64,000 nt of DNA from an uncultured Verrucomicrobiae bacterium (GCA_963756875.1 CAVWPA010000003.1:480001-544000), one strand, 5' to 3'. Positions 19,180 through 29,061 are shown, numbered from the stretch's first letter. Made by a program: numbers and translations. The notes: generated by a model not told the origin, from the letters alone.

Positions 19180-19758
19180 TCAATCACGCGGCAATCGCGT
19201 CTCGACGATTTCGCAGAGCACGTGCAGTAAAAACTTATGCGCCTCCTGGATGCGGGCGGTTGAATCGCCTTTCACGATCAGATCGACATCGGCCAAACGC
19301 GCAGCCGATCCGCCGCCGCGGCCGAGCAGGGCGATGGTTTTTACTTTGCGCTCGCGCGCTTCATCCAGCGCACGGCGAATGTTCGCGGACTTGCCGCTTG
19401 TTGTGATGGCCACCAGAAGATCGCCCGGTTTTCCGAACGCGCGGACTTGCCGCGCAAAAATTTCTTCGAAACCATAATCGTTGCCGGTTGCGGTAAGCAG
19501 GCTGCCTCCCTGCGATAAATTGAGCGCGGGATAAGGCCGGCGATCCTGGACGAACCGGCAGGCGAGTTCTGTGCAAAAATCCGCCGCGTCGGCCGCGCTC
19601 CCGCCATTGCCGCAAGCGAGAAGCTTATTGCCGTTTGTTAGGCATTTCGCGACCAGCTCGGCGGCCGAGATTATTTGCGCCTCAAGATCGGCCAGTGATC
19701 GCAGCGTACTCGCCGCTGCTTCAATCGCGTTCTTTATAATGTCGGATGGATCGGTCAC
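19180..19758 (-). CDS. gmhA: Phosphoheptose (sedoheptulose-7-P) isomerase
   Basis: CGNGGSAADA, NDYG...IFARQV, TSGKS.N, TARIQE.H. Confidence 0.9.
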   Translation of the reverse strand: MTDPSDIIKNAIEAAASTLRSLADLEAQIISAAELVAKCLTNGNKLLACGNGGSAADAADFCTELACRFVQDRRPYPALNLSQGGSLLTATGNDYGFEEIFARQVRAFGKPGDLLVAITTSGKSANIRRALDEARERKVKTIALLGRGGGSAARLADVDLIVKGDSTARIQEAHKFLLHVLCEIVETRLPRD

Positions 19759-19794
19759 GGATGAGATTTGGACCTTGGAACATCGAAATGGTAA

Positions 19795-19869
<75 letters not shown>

Positions 19870-19991
19870 GTTAATTGGCTGTGAATTATGCGATGCGGCG
19901 GCGCGATTCGCAAGCTGTCGCGGTTACGATACTGATCTGGCGATTTCGCGGCGAGCCTGCCGCGATCGGCACACAAGAAACGTGCGCCGCG

Positions 19992-20543
19992 TTACGCCGC
20001 CAGCTTGACGGCTTCTTTGTGTCCGAGAATGCGGACGGTGGTCTTGAGTTGCTCGACTTTGAGCGGCTTCTTCAGAACGGTGATCGGGCCCTTGGCCAAA
20101 ATCCGGTCGAGCATTTCGCTGTCGGGATAACCGGTGATGATGACGATCGGGCAGTCGGGTTGTTCTTTTTTCGCCGAATCGTAAACGTCGTCGGCCGGAC
20201 CATCCGGTAATTTTAGGTCGAGAAAAATGAGATCGAACTTTTGCTTCTCGATCGCGGCGAGGGCTTCCTTGACGGTGCCGACCACGACGCGACTAAAGCC
20301 GATCTTGCGGAGGAACAACTTGAAAAGATTTTGCAAACTCTCGTCGTCGTCGACAACGAGCACGGTCGGCTGACCCGATTTGTCTTCTTTGAGAATATCT
20401 TTATCGAGAGACGATTTCTTGATTCGCCAGCGGCCCCCGATTTGAATAGCGGGGAGCTGACCGCGCTGGACGAGGTAGTAAACGGTAGGTAAGGGGATAC
20501 GGAGGTACTTGGCCGTTTCCTTAACCGTCAGGAGGTTATGCAT
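19992..20543 (-). CDS. Excisionase-type HTH plus response regulator receiver domain protein
   Basis: LLTVKETAKYLRI...G.WRI (HTH_17), then VLVVDDD, FLDLKLP, ITGY, KP. Confidence 0.85.
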   Translation of the reverse strand: MHNLLTVKETAKYLRIPLPTVYYLVQRGQLPAIQIGGRWRIKKSSLDKDILKEDKSGQPTVLVVDDDESLQNLFKLFLRKIGFSRVVVGTVKEALAAIEKQKFDLIFLDLKLPDGPADDVYDSAKKEQPDCPIVIITGYPDSEMLDRILAKGPITVLKKPLKVEQLKTTVRILGHKEAVKLAA

Positions 20544-20759
20544 GGGAGAAAATCACCAACTCGCGGGAAAATGGGCAAGACATTTCGCACAGCTAAGCAT
20601 TATAAATTCTAGAATCGATGTCAACACTTTCTTTGGGTTCGCCCTCGTTTTTCGCTTCATACCGCCGCGGAACTGTCGATTTTTGTTGGACCTGGCCGGG
20701 CCACTGCTCAACACTCGCGACTGGACAACACCAGCGCTGAGGGTGACTGTTCGGACTTC

Positions 20760-21380
20760 ATGAGCGTGCTTTTCTTTAAGCGCTTTTTACAACGCCCATT
20801 TCAAATTGCGTCGATCGTGCCCAGTTCGAGGGCACTGGTTGAGCGGGTGGCGAGCAAAATCGATTTCGAGCGCGCCCAGGTCATTGCCGAGTACGGACCG
20901 GGCGAAGGCGTGCACTCGCGCGCGATTGCCCGCCAGATGCGGCCCGATTGCCAGTTGCTCCTGTTCGAGTTGGACCCGGCTTTTTCACGCGATCTGCAGC
21001 GGCAGTTCGCCGACGACTCGCGCGTGCATGTAATTAACGCGGATGCAGATCGCCTGCCTTCTGAGCTGCACCGGCGAGGCATCGAATGTTGCGACTACAT
21101 TCTCTCGGGCATCCCGTTCAGCATTCTGAAGATCGACAAGAAGCGCGCGCTTCTGCAAAAGACGCACGACGCGCTTGCCGCGGACGGACGGTTTATCATT
21201 TACCAGGTAACGAACGAACTGAAGCAGCACGCCAAAATTTTTGCGCGTGCGAAATCGGAATATTTTCTGCAAAATATTCCACCGATGTTCATCACCGTTT
21301 TCGAAAAGGCAAACACGCTGAATGGCCGTGAGCATCCGGCGACGCGTCGCGAAAAAATCTCCGCCAACTATCAAGCATGA
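20760..21380 (+). CDS. Class I SAM methyltransferase (phospholipid N-methyltransferase-like)
   Basis: IASIVPSS, EYGPGEG, ILSGIPF. Confidence 0.8.
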   Translation: MSVLFFKRFLQRPFQIASIVPSSRALVERVASKIDFERAQVIAEYGPGEGVHSRAIARQMRPDCQLLLFELDPAFSRDLQRQFADDSRVHVINADADRLPSELHRRGIECCDYILSGIPFSILKIDKKRALLQKTHDALAADGRFIIYQVTNELKQHAKIFARAKSEYFLQNIPPMFITVFEKANTLNGREHPATRREKISANYQA

Positions 21381-22780
21381 CCGGCGGCGGGATGCGCGTG
21401 GAAAAGGATTCGATGGGCGAAATGTCCGTCCCCGAATCCGCTCTGTACGGCGCATCCACTCAGCGAGCCGTCCTCAATTTTCCGGTTAGCGGCTACCGAT
21501 TTTCGCGTCCATTCATTCGAGCTCTTGGGCTGATCAAGTGGGCTGCCGCGCAAGCGAATCACGATCTCGGATTGCTCGATGCCGAACGAAGCGCGTTGAT
21601 CGTGCAGGCGGCCGAAGAGATTGTCGACGGAAAGCTCGACCAGCATTTTCCGCTGGATATTTTTCAGACCGGCTCCGGCACGAGCACGAACACAAACGCG
21701 AACGAAGTGATCGCAAACCGGTGCGCGCAACTGGAGGGCAAACCGATCGGTTCGCACGCGGTGGTGCATCCCAACGACCACGTCAACATGGGCCAATCGA
21801 GCAACGACGTGATCCCCTCGGCCATTCATATCAGCGGCGCGGAACAACTCAGAAACTGTCTGATTCCGGCATTGGGAAAATTGCACGGCGCGCTCGAAGC
21901 CAGGGCGAAGGAATTCTGGGAGATCATCAAGATCGGGCGCACGCATTTGATGGACGCGACGCCGGTGCGGCTCGGCCAGGAATTTTCCGGGTACGCGCAG
22001 CAGGCCGCGTATGGACAGGCGCGCGCGGAGAAGGCCCTGGACGTTTTGCGCGAACTTGCGCTCGGCGGCACCGCCGTGGGCACGGGGCTGAATCGGCATG
22101 CCGATTTTCCCGGCAAAGTCATGCGGCACCTGAAACAACGGACCGGCATCGATTTTTACGAGGCCAAAAACCATTTCGAAGCGCAGGGCGGCAAGGACGC
22201 AGTCGTCGAAGCGAGCGGGCAACTGAAAACGATTGCGGTGAGTTTGTTCAAGATCGCAAACGACATCCGTTTGCTCGGCAGCGGGCCGCGCTGCGGCATC
22301 GGCGAGATTCAATTGCCGGCCACGCAGCCGGGCAGCTCGATCATGCCAGGCAAGGTGAATCCGGTGATGTGCGAATCAATGATGATGGTTTGCGCCCAGG
22401 TGATCGGCAATGACGCGACCATCACGTGGTCGGGCGCGAATGGGAATTTCGAGCTCAACGTGATGATGCCGGTCATGGCGCACAATCTCCTGGAATCAAT
22501 CCGGCTGCTTGCGAACGTGATCGACGCTTTCTGCGAGAAATGTGTGGCCGGTATCGTCGCAAACAAGGCGCGTTGCCAGGAATTGGTCGAATTGTCGATG
22601 GCGATGGTAACGAGCCTCGCGCCGAAGATCGGCTATGATCGGGCGGCTGAAATCGCCAAGGAAAGCGCAAGGACCGGCAAAACCGTGCGCGAAATCTGTC
22701 GCGAGAAAAAAGTGTTGCCGGAAGAGGAACTTAATCGCGCGCTTGATTCGGTGGCGATGACCGGTCCGCGCGGCGGCTGA
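21377..22780 (+). CDS. fumC: Class II fumarate hydratase
   Basis: QTGSGTS.N.N.NEV, QSSND, GRTHL.DATP, GSSIMPGKVNP. Confidence 0.96.
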   Translation: MTGGGMRVEKDSMGEMSVPESALYGASTQRAVLNFPVSGYRFSRPFIRALGLIKWAAAQANHDLGLLDAERSALIVQAAEEIVDGKLDQHFPLDIFQTGSGTSTNTNANEVIANRCAQLEGKPIGSHAVVHPNDHVNMGQSSNDVIPSAIHISGAEQLRNCLIPALGKLHGALEARAKEFWEIIKIGRTHLMDATPVRLGQEFSGYAQQAAYGQARAEKALDVLRELALGGTAVGTGLNRHADFPGKVMRHLKQRTGIDFYEAKNHFEAQGGKDAVVEASGQLKTIAVSLFKIANDIRLLGSGPRCGIGEIQLPATQPGSSIMPGKVNPVMCESMMMVCAQVIGNDATITWSGANGNFELNVMMPVMAHNLLESIRLLANVIDAFCEKCVAGIVANKARCQELVELSMAMVTSLAPKIGYDRAAEIAKESARTGKTVREICREKKVLPEEELNRALDSVAMTGPRGG

Positions 22781-22820
22781 TTCTGTGGTTAGACACAGAT
22801 GACGCACCGTTGAGACGCCA

Positions 22821-22913
22821 TGTCATTCCGAGCGGAGTCGAGGAATCTCTTATTGTTGTCTGTGCAAGCGCAGATTAGCAGTGAGAGATGTCTCGACTTC
22901 GCTCGATATGACA
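22821..22913. repeat. MITE-like palindromic element with TGTCAT...ATGACA ends
   Basis: tgtcattccgagcggagtcgaggaatctct ... agagatgtctcgacttcgctcgatatgaca, about 30-bp imperfect terminal inverted repeats. Confidence 0.8.
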
Positions 22914-22942
22914 GAAAGCAGCTTCTTCAACTGAGCCGACCA

Positions 22943-23443
22943 ATGAGAAAACTTTTTCTGCACGCCGCCGGGGTGCTGCTGCTTGCGCCTTTTGTTCTGG
23001 CAGCCGGGACGCACATTGACATATCGAAGATCATCGACAAGGCCGAGGCGGAATCGATTTTAGGCGAAAAAATAAAGGACCTGACGCCGGTCAACGTGGA
23101 AGGGACGGACGGCTACTACTCCAAGTGCAGCTATTACAGCGTGACTCCGGGCAAGTCCCTGGTGATCCGCGTCCAGGAGCCCGACGCGGACGCGATTGGT
23201 CCACACAAGGAGCTCGAGCTGCTCGGGGCCAGTAGCGGTTCAATGAAGCCGGTCAGGGACCTAGGCGACGAGGCACAGACGTTCACCGAAGGCGGCGAAA
23301 GCGGTGCCGCTTCGCGTGTCCTGATGCTCTATGTCGTAAAAGGTAATGCGTTTCTGGTCATCGGGCTGGCTGGATTCGCCGACGACGCGGTTGCGCTGGG
23401 CAAAGCGGAGACTGTTGCGAAGGAAATTCTGGAGCATCTTTAG
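22943..23443 (+). CDS. Hypothetical secreted protein
   Basis: MRKLFLHAAGVLLLAPFVLAA signal; the ORF-track extension upstream runs through the MITE. Confidence 0.65.
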   Translation: MRKLFLHAAGVLLLAPFVLAAGTHIDISKIIDKAEAESILGEKIKDLTPVNVEGTDGYYSKCSYYSVTPGKSLVIRVQEPDADAIGPHKELELLGASSGSMKPVRDLGDEAQTFTEGGESGAASRVLMLYVVKGNAFLVIGLAGFADDAVALGKAETVAKEILEHL

Positions 23444-23474
23444 GCGCGCCGAAACTCGAATCTGGATCGATAAG

Positions 23475-23852
23475 ATGGTTGCCAAACTCGACGGCCCACG
23501 TTTTTCCGGCGGTGCCAATATCGCCATCAAGTGTCCGGCGCATACGTACGAAGAAACGGTGGCCTTTTATCGCGACACCCTCGGGCTTTCGGTGATCGAG
23601 GAAGAAGCGGACGGCTGCATTTTTCAATTCGGTCCAAACCGGCTCTGGATCGACAAGGTTCCAAACCTGAGTCATCCGGACATCTGGCTGGAAATAGAAA
23701 CAAACGACACCGAAGCGGCCGCCGCCTTTCTAAAAGTGCACGGTGTCGCGCGACGCGACGAAGTCGAACAGTTGCGTGAAGACTTCAATGGCTTCTTCGT
23801 TTCCGACCCCGCCGGCGTGATTCATCTGGTCGTGGGCCCGGAAGAAGTCTGA
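23475..23852 (+). CDS. VOC/glyoxalase-family protein
   Basis: NIAIK.P...E.TVAFYRDTLGL and F.V.DPAG motifs. Confidence 0.75.
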   Translation: MVAKLDGPRFSGGANIAIKCPAHTYEETVAFYRDTLGLSVIEEEADGCIFQFGPNRLWIDKVPNLSHPDIWLEIETNDTEAAAAFLKVHGVARRDEVEQLREDFNGFFVSDPAGVIHLVVGPEEV

Positions 23853-23868
23853 CCGCCGCTTGCGGCCG

Positions 23869-23910
23869 AAGCTCCAAGCTCCAAAGAACCTCCAATCCTC
23901 AAATTCCAAA
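23869..23910. repeat. Half of a heptamer-repeat (AAGCTCC-type) element
   Basis: aagctcc aagctcc aaagaacctcc aatcctc aaattcc aaa; the inverted partner arm is absent. Confidence 0.5.
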
Positions 23911-23936
23911 CAGGCTGAGCAGCGCTTTTTCGGATC

Positions 23937-24431
23937 CTACACGTGCCGGCCCATAATCGTGAGATCGCGCTCGGCGCTGTCTACTCGCGCGATGCGCGGT
24001 AGCAATCCCCAGCGCTGAAATCCGAGCGATGCGAACAATCGCAAGCTCGGCTCGTTGTGCGCGAAAATCAGACCCACCATGGCGGTAATCTGCAGCGACG
24101 GCGCGCGCGAGACCGCTTCTTCCAGCAACCTGGTGGCAATTCCGCGCCGCCGGAATTTTTCGTGCACATAAACACTTACCTCAGCCGCGCCGCGGTAGGC
24201 GCACCGCGGCAGAAAAGGTTTTAAACTGAGCCAGCCGGCGATCTGTCCGTCGATTTCAAGAACCCAAAATGGATGGCGATCCGCCGAATGTTCCTTTAGC
24301 CAATCGCGCCGTTCTTCGAGCGTGACCGGCTCCAGTTGCGCGGTGGCGATCCGTGTCACAATCGCCGCGTTATAAATTTCGATAATGGTCGGCAAATCGC
24401 CTTCCATTGCGTTCCTTATCTTCATTTCCAT
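23937..24431 (-). CDS. GNAT N-acetyltransferase (phosphinothricin acetyltransferase/YncA-like)
   Basis: I..IYN.AI, AY....EVSVYV....RRRGIA, N.PSL.L....GF. Confidence 0.88.
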   Translation of the reverse strand: MEMKIRNAMEGDLPTIIEIYNAAIVTRIATAQLEPVTLEERRDWLKEHSADRHPFWVLEIDGQIAGWLSLKPFLPRCAYRGAAEVSVYVHEKFRRRGIATRLLEEAVSRAPSLQITAMVGLIFAHNEPSLRLFASLGFQRWGLLPRIARVDSAERDLTIMGRHV

Positions 24432-24437
24432 TTCTTC

Positions 24438-24496
24438 TGTAGCGGCGGTCTGTGACCGCCGCTCGAATAATGCGACACTCATAGAGCGCCGCTACA
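24438..24496. repeat. GTAG-type REP doublet
   Basis: tgtagcggcggtctgtga...tcatagagcgccgctaca; homologous, in inverted orientation, to 34568-34636. Confidence 0.8.
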
Positions 24497-24498
24497 TT

Positions 24499-25344
24499 TC
24501 ACGTCGTTTGAAAAAACGCGCTTTCAAATGTCGGCTGAAATGCGCCACGTTCGGTTTCGCCGATCAGAAAACGCGGACTGACCTCCGATTGAGTCGCGCA
24601 CGAGACCTCCATGTCGGCCCTGCCGCATTTGGCGAGCAAGTCGCGGATCACGCCGAGAGCGAGCTCCGGCGTATTGCAATCGCGACTGAGATGTCCGAGC
24701 ACAACACGTTCGATTTTTCCCGGAAGCAACTGCTCGATCACGCCGGCGGCGGCGTTGTTCGATAAATGGCCGTGCCGGGATTGAATGCGTTGCTTCACAG
24801 GCCACGGCCGATGTTTGTCGTTCTGCAAAAGTTTTTCGTCGTGATTGGTTTCGATCACCAGCGTATGCACCTGTCGCAGCCTTTCGACGATCATCTTCGT
24901 GGCGTAACCGAGGTCGGTAATGAATCCAAGACTGCTCGAGCCGGCGTAAAACGCGAACCCGATGGGATCGACCGCGTCGTGCGGTACGGGAAAAGTTTGC
25001 ACCACGATGTCGCATATTGAGAACTCGGCGCCGGTGCGAAAAATTCGCCAGTGGCGATGTCGCTCCAGCGCGCCGCCGTAACGGATCGCCTCGGCGGTCA
25101 GCGCGTTGCAGTAAATTGGTACATGAAATTTCCGGCAGAGAACTTCGAGTCCGCAAACGTGATCGCCGTGTTCGTGTGTGAGCAGGACGCCGTCGAGCTG
25201 TTGCGGGGAAACGCCGGCTTGCTCCAGGCGCAACACGATCTGTCGCGCGCTAAGTCCGCCATCGATCAGGATCCTGCAATGATCGGTCGCAACCAGTGCG
25301 CTGTTCCCGGCGCTCCCGCTCCCGAGCATCGTCAAACTGAACAC
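24499..25344 (-). CDS. MBL-fold metallo-hydrolase (YycJ/WalJ-like)
   Basis: GSGSAGN, THEHGDH, PHDA, TDLG, E.NHD, GHLSN, HLS. Confidence 0.9.
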   Translation of the reverse strand: MFSLTMLGSGSAGNSALVATDHCRILIDGGLSARQIVLRLEQAGVSPQQLDGVLLTHEHGDHVCGLEVLCRKFHVPIYCNALTAEAIRYGGALERHRHWRIFRTGAEFSICDIVVQTFPVPHDAVDPIGFAFYAGSSSLGFITDLGYATKMIVERLRQVHTLVIETNHDEKLLQNDKHRPWPVKQRIQSRHGHLSNNAAAGVIEQLLPGKIERVVLGHLSRDCNTPELALGVIRDLLAKCGRADMEVSCATQSEVSPRFLIGETERGAFQPTFESAFFQTT

Positions 25345-25409
25345 GCCGGTATTTAGCGACCGCGCCGCGGTTTTCGCAAATAGAAATCAGCGTTAGCGGA
25401 CAAGAAAAG

Positions 25410-26117
25410 CTACAAGCCGAGACTCTCCTCCCGGTCGGTGAGCGAGAGGACCCGCATCTTTTTCCCGGCGTAATCGAGCGACCGAAAAGCACGGATCTCT
25501 TCGAGACGCCGCGCTCCGTTAAGTGCGTCCAGATAACGCGTGTAACTGGAAGCGAGCTCTGTCGTTTCCAGATAGCGGCCGCGCAAATTCCGGTCGCGAA
25601 ATCCCCCTGGACACTGGCGCACAAACAAATGAAATCGCAGCCAGCGCCGGTCCGCGCGCGAGACCCGCTGTGTTTTCCGGAAGAACGCGACAAAGAGAAG
25701 AAGCACAAGATACGTGTCTACTTGCGCCTGCAGCTCAAGGTTTCGCGCGAAATCTTCGGACGCAATTTCCCGCGCGCCGCATTTGAACTGCAGCGCGGCG
25801 TGCAGGGCGTGGTTGATTTCCTCCACGAACATGATGAGCGAGCGAATGTTGTGGTCCCCCAGTCCGGCGCGCGGATCGTGTCGTTCGAGTTGTTCGATCA
25901 ACCACCGCGAATAATAGATCCCGACGTAAAGACGATCGTCGGCGTGACGCAAAAACGTGCGGGCGAGCTCGCTCAGTTCGCGGGCAGATTTGCCGGCCAG
26001 TGCCGACAATTGCGCGCAACGATGCCGATCGATCAGGCAGTCCTCGAGATTAATGCCGACCTGCGCGTAGGTCCGCTCGAAGAGGCGCTGGATCTGGCTG
26101 AAGAGCGTCTCATTCAC
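25410..26117 (-). CDS. Hypothetical protein, possible metal site (EEINH...ELQAQVD)
   Basis: ATG overlaps the upstream stop (ATGA coupling); protein-like composition. Confidence 0.7.
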   Translation of the reverse strand: MNETLFSQIQRLFERTYAQVGINLEDCLIDRHRCAQLSALAGKSARELSELARTFLRHADDRLYVGIYYSRWLIEQLERHDPRAGLGDHNIRSLIMFVEEINHALHAALQFKCGAREIASEDFARNLELQAQVDTYLVLLLFVAFFRKTQRVSRADRRWLRFHLFVRQCPGGFRDRNLRGRYLETTELASSYTRYLDALNGARRLEEIRAFRSLDYAGKKMRVLSLTDREESLGL

Positions 26118-26806
26118 AACAGGAGCGACGTGCCGGCAGGTTCAGCCAAATTGAGCAGGCGATCGGAAAGTTCGTTCAGAGCAAGGCGAACATCGTGAAA
26201 GCGGCCGGCCAGCCCCTCAAACACGTCGTCGAGTTCGCAACGGCGCGCGGTCGCGTGCGACGAGAGCAGTTGATAATTCATGCTGCCAACTTGCTCGTAG
26301 AAATCGATGTCCGGCGCGCCGCGCAAGCTGCGCCGCTGCGTGTTTTCGTGAAAAATGCCGCTGATAAAGAGCGAGTAATTGCCGACGTGCGCGCGCAACA
26401 GGAATGCCTGCTCCGGGGTTGCCCGGGTCAGCGCGATCAGCATGTCGGAGATGTATTCGCATGCCTGGCTTTCGATTTTATCCGGCGCCTGCAACCGGCT
26501 GGCGCGCGAAAATGTTTCGAGTAGCGAACCGACGTAATCGCACAATTTACGATCGCCGATTCCAGCTTGTTGCAAGACATGCCTTGCGAGGACGTAAAAA
26601 TAAAATTGCGACGAGATGCGCAGATGCCCGGCGTTGGAAAGAATTGCATCGACCAGGCGCGGATGATCGAGAATGGAATCGCGCGTGTCAGCATCGCTCA
26701 GGAGATCGACCAGCGAAACATGATCGGTTTGCGAGCGCGCAAGCGTGCGAATGATGAAATCGAAATCCGCAGCGGTAAACCGCGCCCGACAATTCGCCCT
26801 GATCAT
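26114..26806 (-). CDS. Hypothetical helical protein
   Basis: MIRANCRARF start; HVGNYSLFISGIF...FYEQVG..NY motif; coupled to the downstream gene. Confidence 0.7.
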   Translation of the reverse strand: MIRANCRARFTAADFDFIIRTLARSQTDHVSLVDLLSDADTRDSILDHPRLVDAILSNAGHLRISSQFYFYVLARHVLQQAGIGDRKLCDYVGSLLETFSRASRLQAPDKIESQACEYISDMLIALTRATPEQAFLLRAHVGNYSLFISGIFHENTQRRSLRGAPDIDFYEQVGSMNYQLLSSHATARRCELDDVFEGLAGRFHDVRLALNELSDRLLNLAEPAGTSLLL

Positions 26807-26871
26807 CGAGTTTTGCTTTATGAGCACTGGCGGTGCCAAAGGCAAGCTTGTTCAGTTGCGGCGCGATGGAT

Positions 26872-28722
26872 CTATTTTTGCGCACGAGGATCGCGGTGAT
26901 TCCACAACGACGCGATCGCTTGAATTAATTCGTTGTCTTCCGAGTCTTTTGCGGCTCGTATCGCCTGCTCGCAGGCCGCGGATGCCTCCGCTCCGTGGCC
27001 CGCCGCAATCAATGCCCGCGCGAGATAAACTCGGGTAATGACGTCGCGGGGGTTCAGTAGCAAGGCGTTCTTGAAACAAACGATCGCTTGTTCGAACTGC
27101 CTGTTGGCGGCGAGCTTGAGACCAAATTCGGCATAACGTCGGGGATTGTACCGATCGACCTTGATCGCCTCGGCGTCGGCGGCAAACGCTTCCCTGATTT
27201 TCCCCTGACGGAAATAATTGTCAGCGAGGTTTCCCAAAACTACGGCATTGGAAGGACTGAGCCGCAGTGCGGAGAGGAATTCCGCTTCCGCTCCCTGCCA
27301 CCTGCCCGTGGCGCTCAAGGCGTTACCGAGATTATTATGGGCCTGCATGAACCGCGGGTTGTCCCGCAGCGCTTGGCGGTGGCGGGCAATCGCTTGTTCA
27401 AATTCGCCGCGTTGTTCCAATACAACGCCGAGATCGGTTTGTAGAGCCCAGGCATGCGGATTCTCCCCGAGCACTGCGCGACAATAGGTTTCCATGGACT
27501 GATAGATTGCGCTTCGCCGCCATGTCTGCACAAGGAGCAGCGCCAGGGCGGCGCAGACCAGAACATACAAATGAAGCCGGGTCCGCCTGGAGGCGGCATT
27601 TAAAACCATGGCAAAACCTGCGGCGACCCCTGCAAAAATTCCAGGAGCGGCGAGATATTGCCACCAGTCAGCGCAGGAGATTTCCTGCTGCAACGCCATC
27701 CATGCAAAGCCAAGGGCCGGGAAGAGCATCAAAAGATAATAGCCGGATGCGAAAAGGACCGGCCTTCCCCAGCTTTTACGCTTCCAGGAGAACAGCGCAA
27801 GGAGTGCCACTACCAGAAGCCCTGGCAAATAAACGAACGGGGAGCGAAGGTTTGGCTGCCATTGCGGCAGCATTGGGCTCAGGTTAATCGGGAAAAAGAT
27901 CTCGCGCAGATACAGCCAGATAACGGCGCCCGCTCGCGCGATCTTCGCCGCAAGATTGGAAGCGAATAATCCGTAGTCGGTCGCGCCAGACTGGTAGCGA
28001 ATCGTGAGAAATGAGACTGCCAGCGCGATGAGAGCAAACGGAGCGATGCGCACGAAATCGCGGCGTGTAACCCGTCCGTTCATCCACAGAATACAGCCGC
28101 ATAGAACGATTGGCAGCATTACCACTGCTCCTTTGCTCAACCCCGCGAATGAGAACAGGGCGATGGACAAAAGATAAAGCTTCGTGCTGGCCCGCTTATC
28201 GGACACCAGGAAAGCGAGAACGGACCCAAAAAACAGCGCAGCCGAAAGCGTGTTCTTGAGCTCCGCAATCCACGCTACCGACGCCGCTGTCACAGGATGA
28301 ATCGCAAACACCAGCGCCGCGAGCCATGAGCCGGGAATTCGAAGAGCTCCCAGGACCCGCCACAGTAGCACCGCGGCAAGAGCGTGAAGAAAAATGTTCA
28401 CGACGTGGTAGCCCGTGGATGTCTCGTGCCAAAGCCTCTTTTCCAGCCAAAAAGTCGTAAGCGTCAGGGGCGTGTAATCGCACGAATTTTTTCCCAGCCA
28501 GATTTCCTTCAATCCCTGGACGCTTTGCATCTGCGGATTTGCGGTGAGCAAGAGGTCGTCATCCCATACAAATCCGCCGCCAACTGCTGGCAGGTAAGCA
28601 ATGATCGCGGACAAGACCAAGAGTGCGGCAAAAAGCCTGAATCGACGAGGCGGTGGATCCAAAAACAGAGTTCCTTCCGCGGCTCGCCCAATGGGATGTG
28701 CTGCAGGTTCGTCAGAACACAT
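26872..28722 (-). CDS. TMTC-like GT-C protein O-glycosyltransferase with C-terminal TPRs
   Basis: FVWDD..L..NP, Y.PLT, YH.VN..LH, FAIHP....V.WI, followed by TPR repeats. Confidence 0.8.
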   Translation of the reverse strand: MCSDEPAAHPIGRAAEGTLFLDPPPRRFRLFAALLVLSAIIAYLPAVGGGFVWDDDLLLTANPQMQSVQGLKEIWLGKNSCDYTPLTLTTFWLEKRLWHETSTGYHVVNIFLHALAAVLLWRVLGALRIPGSWLAALVFAIHPVTAASVAWIAELKNTLSAALFFGSVLAFLVSDKRASTKLYLLSIALFSFAGLSKGAVVMLPIVLCGCILWMNGRVTRRDFVRIAPFALIALAVSFLTIRYQSGATDYGLFASNLAAKIARAGAVIWLYLREIFFPINLSPMLPQWQPNLRSPFVYLPGLLVVALLALFSWKRKSWGRPVLFASGYYLLMLFPALGFAWMALQQEISCADWWQYLAAPGIFAGVAAGFAMVLNAASRRTRLHLYVLVCAALALLLVQTWRRSAIYQSMETYCRAVLGENPHAWALQTDLGVVLEQRGEFEQAIARHRQALRDNPRFMQAHNNLGNALSATGRWQGAEAEFLSALRLSPSNAVVLGNLADNYFRQGKIREAFAADAEAIKVDRYNPRRYAEFGLKLAANRQFEQAIVCFKNALLLNPRDVITRVYLARALIAAGHGAEASAACEQAIRAAKDSEDNELIQAIASLWNHRDPRAQK

Positions 28723-28749
28723 GTCGTAAGGCCAGGATGTCAAAATGGC

Positions 28750-28765
28750 TGCAAGATAGATGCCA
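28750..28765 (-). promoter_or_regulatory. sigma54 -24/-12 promoter
   Basis: Minus strand reads TGGCAT-CTATC-TTGCA, near consensus. Confidence 0.75.
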
Positions 28766-28817
28766 TAACGACACTCGAGACTCGGTCCGGGGAAGTTGAA
28801 TTGCAGACTGGCAGAGG

Positions 28818-28965
28818 CGCGTGGCTATCGGGAGCTATCGCTCCCAGGTTCGACAGGTTTTCGCTTAGTGCTGGCGCGTCACGTGTCCCGCCACTGGGAA
28901 CGGCGTTCGAATCTCCGGGTCGCAACACGCGCGACTCAGCGAAGCCCGGGGACCAGGTTACCGCG
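28818..28965 (+). ncRNA. Candidate structured ncRNA of unknown family
   Basis: Nested stems cgcgtggct/ggttaccgcg, gggagc/gctccc, ttcgct/agcgaa, tggcg/cgcca, T-loop hairpin cggcg-TTCGAAT-ctccg, gtcgc/gcgac; most G-U pairs favour the + strand. Confidence 0.4.
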
Positions 28966-28974
28966 GGATTTTTA

Positions 28975-29061
28975 CGGAAGGGGTGGGATTCGAACCCACG
29001 GTGGGTTGCCCCACGCTCGATTTCGAGTCGAGTGCCTTAAACCGGACTCAGCCACCCTTCC
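28975..29061 (-). tRNA. tRNA-Ser(CGA)
   Basis: GGAAGGG acceptor, anticodon arm CTCGA-CT-CGA-AA-TCGAG, long variable arm, GTTCGAATC; CCA not encoded. Confidence 0.96.

Noticed and set aside
28818..28965. TPP or guanidine-I riboswitch assignment for the structured region
   Set aside because: Only fragments match (GCTGAG/GAACCTG on minus; AAGCCCGGG on plus); the remaining conserved cores are absent.
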